A DNA stretch of 63,921 nt, the filler included, from Mitosporidium daphniae (lineage: Eukaryota): assembly GCF_000760515.2 (NCBI RefSeq). It is 6 parts of 6 records of this genome, joined end to end, with 100 filler letters (N's around TTAATTAATTAA, not from the genome) between each part and the next. Parts side by side here need not be neighbours in the genome. Positions count along the whole stretch, not along the records: positions 1 to 12,681 come from NW_013546697.1; 5 more parts are not named here. The stretch is one strand, 5' to 3'. The notes under the pieces were generated by a model. That model did no database searches and was not told the DNA's origin. It worked only from the letters and a program-made list of their open reading frames with translations. Below are positions 1 through 9,239 of this stretch, in pieces (positions within the stretch are counted from its first letter, which is position 1; each line of letters opens with the position of its first letter). A program made the translations under genes and the position numbers.

Positions 1-182
1 TTTTTCTAGGGTTCATTTTATAGACTGTTTTGCACCGGAAATTTTGCATCCAATAGGAATATTAAATTAAATAGTTGCTCACATAGCCAATGAAACTCCG
101 AAGATTACTCATCAGGTCGTCATGCTTGGTATCAAACTTATTATCCGCCACAAATCGGCTGGTTTAATGAACCCTAGAAAAA
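1..182. repeat. 17-bp perfect inverted repeat pair (possible MITE)
   Basis: TTTTTCTAGGGTTCATT (1-17) is the exact reverse complement of AATGAACCCTAGAAAAA (166-182); non-coding AT-rich interior; left arm cut by the window edge. Confidence 0.55.
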
Positions 183-1002
183 TTTCCAAAAAATAAATTT
201 TCCTAAAAGTAGCGCACTAAATTGGCTATCCAACGACAACAATTATTGCATCGGTTTCCTGTTTGGAAATGGAAAATCTTTTTTCATCTAGCCTTAAATT
301 AAGACAAATTAAATTTCATCCAATCAGATGCTTGTAATTATTTCGAAAGCCAGTTAGTTCGCATGCCCTCTTAATCGAATTTCGATTAAAACTATTGGCA
401 CTTCTTATGCATGACGTTTTTTGATTAAAATCGAGTCTTTAAGATCCTAAATTTACTTTTAACTTTAAGAGGTTTGAAGTTTACTCTGGTAATTGATAGA
501 CATAGTGTTTTATTAATCATCATCCGACGACTTTGGAATGCACATATCGATTTAGACTCATAATAGATGCAGCGCACCCTCTTTTATTACCAATCTCTGC
601 ATATAGAAAATAATATTCAAGATACTTATTATGCAATGAAAAGGCTGACTTTTAATATTTATTTTTCCATTATCACGATCAATTTTTGGCCTCAATAAGG
701 CCATCCGGACCGGTGTCTAATAACTTTTGCGCCAATAAAATTCCAGCAAGCCTATTTTTAGAAGGCTATTTTAATGGGCATTCGGAAGTTCGGGTGTTGA
801 AGCCCCCTTCTTTTCCCATTTTAAGCATAGACCGCGATATTTGCAAAGTGTTTAGGCTTTAATACCTTATTAATAAAAACACAAGTTTTCGGATTGAACT
901 TGTTTGTGCAAAACGTGAAATTTTATGGGTTGGCCAGTATTGTGGGGACTTTAGTGAATTCAACGTAAAATTTAAATTTAAATTAAATTTATTAATCTCC
1001 AA

Positions 1003-2160
1003 ATGGTAGGTTGCCGAGGCCGGTTCTTGTTTCCCATTCTCTGTTTTTGCATCTGTCATACATTTAGTCTTTTGACATTGAATGTTTATTTCAACTTTTT
1101 CTATCCGATTCCAATTTATTTGTAGACTGCTTCTATTGCAAGACCATTGGTCCACTCTTATTCTGAGGTTGACGGAAAGACCGTCATTGCGTCGGTTCCT
1201 CTTCCACAAGTCTTCAAATGCCCGATTCGCCCAGATGTGGTAAACTTTGTTCATACCAATCTGGCCAAAAACAGCAGACAGCCATACGCTGTCTCCCGAA
1301 TTGCTGGCCACCAGACCTCTGCTATTTCTTGGGGAACTGGTCGTGCAGTCTCGCGTATTCCGCGTGTTTCGGGAGGAGGTACTCATCGTGCTGGTCAGGG
1401 TGCGTACGGAAACATGTGTCGAGGCGGAAGAATGTTTGCACCCACCAAAATATGGCGCCGCTGGCACCGTTGTGTAAACATCAATCAACGTCGTTATGCC
1501 GTTGTTTCAGCGATTGCAGCTTCTGCTGTTCCCTCGCTTGTGATGGCTCGCGGGCATCGTATTGAGAGCATTCGCGAAGTTCCGCTTGTTGTGTCAGATA
1601 TTCTCGAGTCTATCTCGACTACCAAGGCCGCAGTTGCTTTTCTTAAGGCTGTAAACGCATTTGCAGACGTTGAGAAAGTTTCTGATTCAAAAAGACTTCG
1701 TGCTGGAAAAGGCAAAATGCGTAACCGTCGCTTCAGAATGCGAAAAGGCCCCCTTGTTGTTTATTCAAAGGACCAGGGCATCACCAAAGCCTTCAGAAGC
1801 ATTCCTGGCGTTGAGCTGCTCCCAGTGACCGCTTTGAATCTCCTAAAGTTGGCACCTGGTGGCCATCTCGGTAGATTTGTTATTTGGACCCAATCTGCCT
1901 TCTCTAAGCTTGACGCAATCTATGGTGTCGGCGGAGAAACATCTGAATCCAAGAAAAACTACTCGCTCCCTGAGCCTGTGATTTCAAATCCAGATATCTC
2001 GCGCATTATCAATTCAGAGGAAATCCAGTCTGTTCTTAGACCAATATATCCAAAGAGAACCTCCAAGGCACCTCTTAAGCATAATCCACTTAAGAACAAA
2101 AAGGCTATGATTGCACTGAACCCCTTTGCCGCCGCATCATCATCATCATCATCCAAGTAA
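1003..2160 (+). CDS. RPL4: 60S ribosomal protein L4 (uL4); exon 1 is ATG only (1003-1005), intron 1006-1125
   Basis: Motifs [61 protein letters not shown]...TTGTAG|ACT joins in frame to give [10 protein letters not shown]. Confidence 0.97.
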
Positions 2161-2898
2161 TTCAGTAAAATTATTGTGACAAGTTCAGTAGACACACTAT
2201 TCTTTAATTTGCAGCAGAGTTGATTTTAAATTAATTTTTTAAACAACAAATCACCATGATCTCAATGGGACTTTCAAGAGAACTCTTCTCCTTTGAACGA
2301 TAGTTCATCTTTTGTATTTGGTCGGTTAGTCTGAAATTTTTATCTCGTGCAAGATAAACAATTTTCTCTTTGCGGTAAAGCTTTATAACACCATGATGCA
2401 CCATAATAGATATAATTTATCAAAATCGCGTTGAGAATGGTCTTCTACTGTGCCAGCTCACTTCATGACACCATAAAGTCTGCTCTTACAAAGTGGCTTA
2501 CGGAAAATACTTTCTTGATCAATGGAATATAATACCTTTACTGGATTACGTGCACAATTTACATATTCTCTGGTTGCGATCAAGATGATAATTTACTTGC
2601 GGAAGAATTTTACAAAATATCTATAATCAAGCAAGGAGATTCCCATTTCCTCGCCAAAGTGGTCTTTTCTTTTAGCGATCCACGGCTGATTTTTCGCCTT
2701 GAAAAAAGCAGCGAAAAGCTATATCGATATGATTTCAAGTATGTATAGCTATTTGCATTGAAGGCAGCCATATTCTTTACAAATGTTCTCAATGTCGCTA
2801 GCAGATTTCTGCAATTTACTTTTGAAGCAGCTGGTAAAGGGTAAGCACAGCCTCCATGGCCAAGTTAAAATTTAAATTAAATAAAAAAATTGTTTTCA

Positions 2899-3642
2899 AT
2901 GGTGAAGCAACGGCGAGCCTCCAAGCGTCTCACAACTGCACATCGTGCTAAAGTTACACGAAAGGTTCACGAACACCATCGCCGATCTTCTTCAAAATCA
3001 AAACCTGGGCGAAGAAAGGATCCTGGCATCCCAAAAGAGCTTCCGTTCCGTGATGCTGTCATAGCAGAAGCCATGGCCGCACGTGCGAGCTCCAAGGTCA
3101 AACGGTCCGCGCTTACAGCTAACAAAGGGTCAGATACCGACTTATGTCCGATGTATACTTCTATGTCGGTGGAGGGCAGCCTTTGTAATGATTCTAATTT
3201 AAAGCCAGCGTCTGAGCCTCCTCATGCAAAGACCAATATTCGCAAGAATGGCTCTAAACGCATTTCAGATCCTGTTGAAGCTGTGCGTAAGGAGATCTGG
3301 GGCCAAATTTCTCCAGATAGCCTTCAGGCTCATTATGGTCTTGTGGGATCTATGGCGCCGGATTCACCCGAAGCATTTCTGCGAGCTCTTGCTCGCTCTA
3401 CAGGGCGAATGCGGAAGGGCGGCATTCCAGATCTCCCAGCCGCCGCAAGAAATGTTCTCGAAGATGCCAGCAGCGGAAAGCTTCGCTTGACCGGGCTTGT
3501 TGGAAAGAGCAACCCAATTTGTGCAAGAAAGGATGGGTCAGACGGTATCAAAGGTGACATTGGCACCGCCGATGGTATCTCCTCTACCGTGACCACTACT
3601 GCAGTACTTTCAACGCTCTCTCCAGAGTTTAAAATCGAATAA
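2899..3642 (+). CDS. Nug1/GNL3 (nucleostemin)-like protein without recognisable G-domain
   Basis: N-terminal SKRLTTAHRAKVTRKVHEHHRR...KDPGIPKELPFR (GN3L/Grn1-type) and C-terminal FLRALARSTGRMRKGGIPDLPAAARNVLED; no GxxxxGKS/DxxG in between. Confidence 0.75.
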   Translation: MVKQRRASKRLTTAHRAKVTRKVHEHHRRSSSKSKPGRRKDPGIPKELPFRDAVIAEAMAARASSKVKRSALTANKGSDTDLCPMYTSMSVEGSLCNDSNLKPASEPPHAKTNIRKNGSKRISDPVEAVRKEIWGQISPDSLQAHYGLVGSMAPDSPEAFLRALARSTGRMRKGGIPDLPAAARNVLEDASSGKLRLTGLVGKSNPICARKDGSDGIKGDIGTADGISSTVTTTAVLSTLSPEFKIE

Positions 3643-3708
3643 CTTATTTCCACAATAAAATTCCTTGTCTCACAATGCTGGGGATCATAGTAAATCTCTC
3701 TTTATTCG

Positions 3709-4482
3709 CTAGCGGTAGTATGGCGGCCGCCGAGAGACGACGCCATGGTCCTGCAACGCGGCGTTGAGGTCCTCAAGAGTGAGTACGAACCGCCTTTCTT
3801 TAGATGCTTTGCGGTCGGCCTTGGATGTAGGCGCAGTGGTTGCGGGTGCAGCAACGCCATTGCTCCTAATCCGCGAGTACTGCATGGCATCCTGTGCCAC
3901 GTCTGTAATAAATTTTTGTGCCATCAATGCAAGCAACCGCTTGAGCTTGACATCTGGAGAATCGAGACCCGCGCGCGCCATGACCATATCCATGAGAGGG
4001 TCAGGGATGATGGGCGTAAAATGCTCAAGCTGACGAAGCAATTCAAGTAATGCCTTGTCCTCTTCAAACTTGGCTTCAAGAGAGGTTTCTGATAATCGGG
4101 TTGCCTCTGCGGGCGGAATAGATGTCGATGTAGGTGTTACTTGAGGAGGCCTCCGTTCCCCGTCAGCGGTCGGGTATTTAGTAGCCCCGAGTGGGAGAAA
4201 ATGCGAGGATGGTAGCTGCTGGCGCAGCGCAGATGCACGATGTTGCTGTTGTTGTATGAGTGCAGAGAGCGGTGAAGCACGAAAAAGCTGCCCAGGTTGC
4301 TGAATGGTGCCGCTTAGAGCTGCGGCCATAGCATGGTGAGAGCCGTCTACATGGGGGATATTATTGATGGGTGCATGGCTAGTGTTTAAGCCGACATTGC
4401 TATTCAAAAGCGAAGCGTCTTTGGGAATATTTGCGCCATAGTCCATGACATCATCATAGTTTTGGTCACACTCTTCGTCCAT
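3709..4482 (-). CDS. TAF10: TFIID/SAGA subunit TAF10
   Basis: Histone-fold FTPIIPDPLMD...DVKLKRLLALMAQKFITDVAQDAMQYSRIR...VLTLEDLNAALQDHGV..RRPPYY; first ATG after the AT-rich tract is at 4482. Confidence 0.92.
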   Translation of the reverse strand: MDEECDQNYDDVMDYGANIPKDASLLNSNVGLNTSHAPINNIPHVDGSHHAMAAALSGTIQQPGQLFRASPLSALIQQQQHRASALRQQLPSSHFLPLGATKYPTADGERRPPQVTPTSTSIPPAEATRLSETSLEAKFEEDKALLELLRQLEHFTPIIPDPLMDMVMARAGLDSPDVKLKRLLALMAQKFITDVAQDAMQYSRIRSNGVAAPATTAPTSKADRKASKERRFVLTLEDLNAALQDHGVVSRRPPYYR

Positions 4483-4533
4483 GATGGCACTGGAGTGGCA
4501 ACTCGAGTTTCTAAAATTTAATTTGTAATTGCA

Positions 4534-6745
4534 ATGGTCATGTTGGAGCAAGAAGCCCCCTCAGCGCTATTTGCCTTGGCTAAGGGCGACCGTGCCTATG
4601 ATACAGAGCTGTGGACACATCTGTTGCCGCTATGCAGGGATTCTTCATCTGCTTGTTTCGAGTTGCAGGATCAAATTTTCGCAGAAGCGCTGCGTCAGTA
4701 CCCTACGTCGCTTTTTGTTTGGACACAGCGGATTGCACTTGCGCTTGCACGCTTGGGAAAGCCAGAAGAGACGCCCTTGTCAGGAGCTTCAGATGTTTTA
4801 TTGGAATCCCTGTCTGTGCAGACCGCCTCTATCTTCCTGGCAGCTGCACAGGCAACGCTGAGCCCACAGGTCTGGGACCATTATCTGACATGGTTGCAAA
4901 GGCCGGGTGCTGAGGAGTTGCCCAGTAGTGTAGAGGCACTTTATGAACAGGCGGTTTCGCAAGTCGGCTTTGACGTTCACGCCGTCAACCTGTGGATGGG
5001 CTACATCCGCTTCGTCAAAGAGAAAAAGGTGCTTCATTTTGCTGACTTGTCGTAGGTGAGGGCGTTTTTGTGATCTTGCGTAGACAGAAAATCAGTTCGA
5101 AGAGCAGCTACAGTTGGACGCATTGCGAAAACTCTACCAACGTGCCGTCGTCATCCCGATGATTGGTGTTGAGGGCATTTGGCGTGAATACGACCTTTTT
5201 GAGAACGGCCTCAACAAGGTTACTGGACGAAAGATCCTTGCGGAGCGTAGTGGCGCCTACATGAATGCCCGGGCGCTTTCTCGGGAGCTGCGCGCCCTTC
5301 ACGAAGATGGCAAGATTACTCGGGGTATCATTGTCGGATATGGACTCCCACATGCCCGCGACCGCGAACAGGTATCAGAACAATAGCTTGCCATAGGTAA
5401 CGCTGTAAAGGGATTTTCTTCATAGCTCGGTGCTTTGTTGGCATGGATTGATTGGGAAATGAAGAACCACCTTTCTTTGGCTGCCGATAGCCTATATGAG
5501 CGCATTTGCTGGGCATTTCGTAGTGCGCTCGCCCATGCATACTCATCCGAACAGCTTTGGTTCCATTATTTTGAATATTTGGTGGGAAGTGGAACCATTG
5601 GAGCCCGCGAGGCTGCCATTTCCGACCTTCACGACCACGCCCTGCCATATTTGTCTCTCAGGTAAGTGGATGCCTTTTATTTTCAGTGTTCCACTTCACG
5701 CGCTGCTTCTTGAAGCATACGAAACGAGTGAAGATGTCAAAGTGGGCACAGCCTTACTTGAATCGCTTCTTTGTCGGTTTTCACTTGCCATTGCAGAAGT
5801 TGAGCGGCGCGAGGCTCCAATTAAAGATGGCATGTCTGCGTCCAAAGGAACTGATACACAGCCCTTCACGGTGGATGAAGGGCCGGGGCTACTAGTGGCT
5901 CCATCGATCTCATTGGCAGGCCTGAAGCGGGATCATTGTATGACACTTAAACACGCCATTCGATTCGCACGGCGAACACAGGTGAGTATCTTCTCTTATT
6001 TCAGGGACTGCCTCTTGCGCGACAATACTTTGCTCGGGCGCGCAAGCTGCCTTATTGCACGCATGAAATCTTTACGCTTGCAGCTAACATGGAGTTTTTC
6101 GTGGGCAAGGATCCTGGCATTGCATTCAAGATTTTCGAATTGGGAATGAAACTTTTTTCGGAAGAACCTACGTTCGTCATCTCGTACATGAAGCTGCTGC
6201 TAATAAAACTCGATGAGTCCAATATCAAGAGCCTTTTCGAGCGCGCCTTGCGCTCTCTCGCCTCTAACAAGAGTGCAATCAAAGAACTTTGGCTTATGCT
6301 GATTAGACACGAACGGGATTACGGGCATCTTGTGCGCGTAAAGGAACTCTGCAATAGGCTCATTGCAGAGGAGGCTCCGGAAAGTAATCGATTCCACTTT
6401 TCTTTAGATGGCGGGTGGACGCTTTTTTTAGATCGAAACGAACTGGCCGATTCGCTGCACGACGCAGTTGGCATGAAGGATACCACGAATACAAAGAATG
6501 CCCCATGGACGCCCGCTCCATATCGGGGTGGATTTGCATCAGATGCAATGCCATTATCGCAGCCAGCGCAGACGGCCGCCATGCAGGCAATCCGGAAACG
6601 GCCCAGGGACGGGGTCGCCGCTATTCCTTCTGGCGAAGACATCCTAAAGTCTGTACTCAACAGTTGTGGACCTGTCTCCGCATACAATGGCCCCGTTGTT
6701 CCTGCAGAAGCTGCTCTCGAGCTTTTCCGCTCCATCAAAGCCTAG
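4534..6745 (+). CDS. RNA14: mRNA 3'-end processing factor Rna14/CstF77 (HAT repeats); exons 4534-5028, 5084-5371, 5426-5661, 5687-5981, 6005-6745
   Basis: YEQAVSQVGFD..AVNLWMGYIRF, LRKLYQRAVVIP..GVEGIWREYDLFEN, WIDWEMKNHL, RRTQGLPLARQYFARARK, AFKIFELGMKLF; exon frames checked by hand. Confidence 0.88.
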
Positions 6746-6821
6746 AGGCCCATCGATCGCTAAACCTGTTGCCGTATAACACTGCAATAAACTAACTGCC
6801 ACTCAACATGCCGACTTTTGG

Positions 6822-7490
6822 TTAGGTTTTATTGTCACCATCATCTGTACAAAGGATCGGCTTGCGTTGTCGGAATCTTTTTGATATCTGCGAAATGAGG
6901 GATGACGTCGATTGAGCAGTGTCGTTTGGCGTTGGCTCGGTTGCTGCGGGCTGCTTCTGCGCACGCTTCCGCTCCATGGCATCGATTGTCCGCGCCTTTT
7001 CCGCCTTTTGCAAATAGAGCTGGTTTGTCTTTTTCGACTGCGAAATTTCGGCATTGAGCCGTTGCTCTCGGACTGCCTTTTTATAGGCCAACTGGTCTGT
7101 AAGGTGCGACCATGTGAACTTTGATAAGTATTTCAAATTCCATAGATCGTCTGCGAATCTCTTGCTCCTCCCGGTTCTGCCAATGGGATTGCAGTTCAAA
7201 ATCTCTGCCGCCCGCTTGGCATCTTTTTTGTAGGTGAACTCAATCCATCCCTCGACGAACCCTGATCCGTGGAATGGCTTTTTGCGGTCATCTACTCGAG
7301 ATTGTCTCTTTTTTGTCGAATGCTCTTGCTTGGGCGTAAGAAAGATTCTGCTGAGCTTTCCATACGGCGTTAATAGTTCTCGTAAAATTCCGGGCGTCAT
7401 TTTGGGCGGGATTCTGCTTATATAGAGAACACCCCTATCTTGCTCCTCGTTTACATGTTCTAGAGCAAGCGGAAGCGAAACAAAGTCCAT
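6822..7490 (-). CDS. ESF2: Pre-rRNA processing protein Esf2/ABT1 (RRM-like)
   Basis: GVLYISRIPPKMTP, FVEGWIEF..KKDAKRAAEILN, DDLWNLKYLSKFTWSHLTDQL. Confidence 0.92.
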   Translation of the reverse strand: MDFVSLPLALEHVNEEQDRGVLYISRIPPKMTPGILRELLTPYGKLSRIFLTPKQEHSTKKRQSRVDDRKKPFHGSGFVEGWIEFTYKKDAKRAAEILNCNPIGRTGRSKRFADDLWNLKYLSKFTWSHLTDQLAYKKAVREQRLNAEISQSKKTNQLYLQKAEKARTIDAMERKRAQKQPAATEPTPNDTAQSTSSLISQISKRFRQRKPILCTDDGDNKT

Positions 7491-7500
7491 AAAGTTGAAA

Positions 7501-7538
7501 ATTTACATTTAAATTTAAATTTAAATTTAAATGTAAAT
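7501..7538. promoter_or_regulatory. 38-bp perfect AT-rich palindrome of AAATTT units just upstream of the ESF2 start
   Basis: ATTTACATTTAAATTTAAATTTAAATTTAAATGTAAAT equals its own reverse complement; it lies 10 bp from the ESF2 ATG. Confidence 0.55.
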
Positions 7539-7920
7539 GTAAATTTAAAACAGAAACAATTTCCCCAATTTTTATCAACCTATTCGGACGTACCACCGTT
7601 CTCACGCGCGTACGCCTCGCTCGTTGTGTAAGTATGCAGGCTTTGTGTGCGTTTGATTTTCGGCGCGCAAGCCCATTTCTTGGAATGATGCCGATGTTGG
7701 CAATGTAACAGTCAGTAGCGTTACCAAGTCAATATGGACCACTTCGATTGGCCGGCCATTTGAAAAACTCTGAAATAATTTGACACCTTTTTTTCAAATT
7801 ACTCCAATCATTCGAACTTTACATGGAACCTATTATAAGTATCTTTCTTGGCGTCAGCTACGTTACAGTTGGGCTTTTTTCTATCCATTAGTCGATATTT
7901 AAACAAGATCAACTTCTCGA

Positions 7921-9156
7921 ATGGCATCGTTTTCTATTGCTTCCTCAAATGCATTGCCTCAGGGAACACCGGCGACACTTTCCGGCCATGACACATCAAC
8001 CGACTACATGTTCATGGCAGACCAGTTTCTTTTTGACGACCAGTTGGCCTCTTCCTTTTTAATGCCGGGCATGTTCGACTCGTTCGATTGTAATTTTGAC
8101 CTATCCGACCCCAATTTCATTTCCAAACTACCGGTGCCAGCAGACAATGACCCCCCGTCGCTTCAGGATTGTATCCGCCCAATCACAGACACATCTTCTC
8201 TTGAAATTAACAAAAACCAGTCGCGCCCCGTTGAATACTTTGAAAACAGCTCAATCGGAGAAATGGGCGATCTCATTCTACCTCCGATGAGCTCTGATTC
8301 CGACCTAAATGGCTATTTTAGGGAGAATTGGAATGGCGCCGATGCTACCTCCTCTATGCAATACCAATATCCTTTGTATAGCCATTCTACTGGCAACCTT
8401 AACAGGGCGTATAACACACCGGCTTCATATGTAAACATGGGTTCAAAACAATATTTTGGACAACCTCAAATATTCAGCGGACACCACCCGGTGATGACGG
8501 GAGCACAGGGAGCTGCAGCCACCATCAAGGTGCCGATTTCCTCGCACAAGCCCAATGTTCAAACAGAGATCAAAAGAACCACACCGCTGATGCTTCCCTT
8601 CCACCACAAAAATGATAACCGGATCATTCCGGTGCGGAATTTTTCCGCACAACACCAAGTAGCAGCGGCCGCCGCGTATTTGGCATCTTCAGCCTCGTTC
8701 CCTCCACCCTCAAACAACGGAGTGTATTCCCCAAACCACTCGTCCGGATCGTTTGCCCAGACATCTCCATTTCAAATAACCGTTTCCATTGGGGACATCC
8801 AAAGCACAAAAAAGGACTTTCTTAAAAGGGCAGATGAAATTGATTATTCAAATGTAACTGTGGTCGAACTGAAAAACTTTCTTAGAGAATTCCATCAAGC
8901 GTCAGGCGGTAAAAAGGCCGATTTAGTTGAGCGGATTAGATATATTTGCAATTATCTTCGAGGTGAAGAAGTCGCCATCAGTGCAGCATCTTCTTCTGTA
9001 CAGAGCCAATCGCCGCAAATGAACGGGGGATTATATTCAACCTCACCGCAGCTGCCATATAACATTGGAATGGCGTCATCGCCGCAATTTTTCTCTAACC
9101 CAATCACAACATTCTCGCAGCAAGCTGCAAACACAGCACACTCTTACTTTAATTAG
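7921..9156 (+). CDS. SAP-domain protein with low-complexity flanks
   Basis: YSNVTVVELKNFLREFHQASGGKKADLVERI matches the SAP pattern; intronless 411-aa ORF. Confidence 0.75.
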   Translation: MASFSIASSNALPQGTPATLSGHDTSTDYMFMADQFLFDDQLASSFLMPGMFDSFDCNFDLSDPNFISKLPVPADNDPPSLQDCIRPITDTSSLEINKNQSRPVEYFENSSIGEMGDLILPPMSSDSDLNGYFRENWNGADATSSMQYQYPLYSHSTGNLNRAYNTPASYVNMGSKQYFGQPQIFSGHHPVMTGAQGAAATIKVPISSHKPNVQTEIKRTTPLMLPFHHKNDNRIIPVRNFSAQHQVAAAAAYLASSASFPPPSNNGVYSPNHSSGSFAQTSPFQITVSIGDIQSTKKDFLKRADEIDYSNVTVVELKNFLREFHQASGGKKADLVERIRYICNYLRGEEVAISAASSSVQSQSPQMNGGLYSTSPQLPYNIGMASSPQFFSNPITTFSQQAANTAHSYFN

Positions 9157-9239
9157 TGCGCGGCTGAACGAATGGGAACGGAGCGGGTGGTGTAAGATTA
9201 CCTATCTTCGGTCGGTCGAGATGATAGTGACAATAAAAT

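Noticed and set aside
1006..1125. Intronic snoRNA in the long RP introns
   Set aside because: No correctly placed C/D (RTGATGA/CTGA) or clear H/ACA architecture seen on the sense strand
859..1488. 209-aa antisense ORF over RPL4 and many similar shadow ORFs
   Set aside because: Opposite-strand or alternate-frame shadows of conserved genes with no recognisable motifs
2200..2860. Possible minus-strand gene between RPL4 and the Nug1-like gene
   Set aside because: I could not build a consistent spliced ORF or recognise any motif
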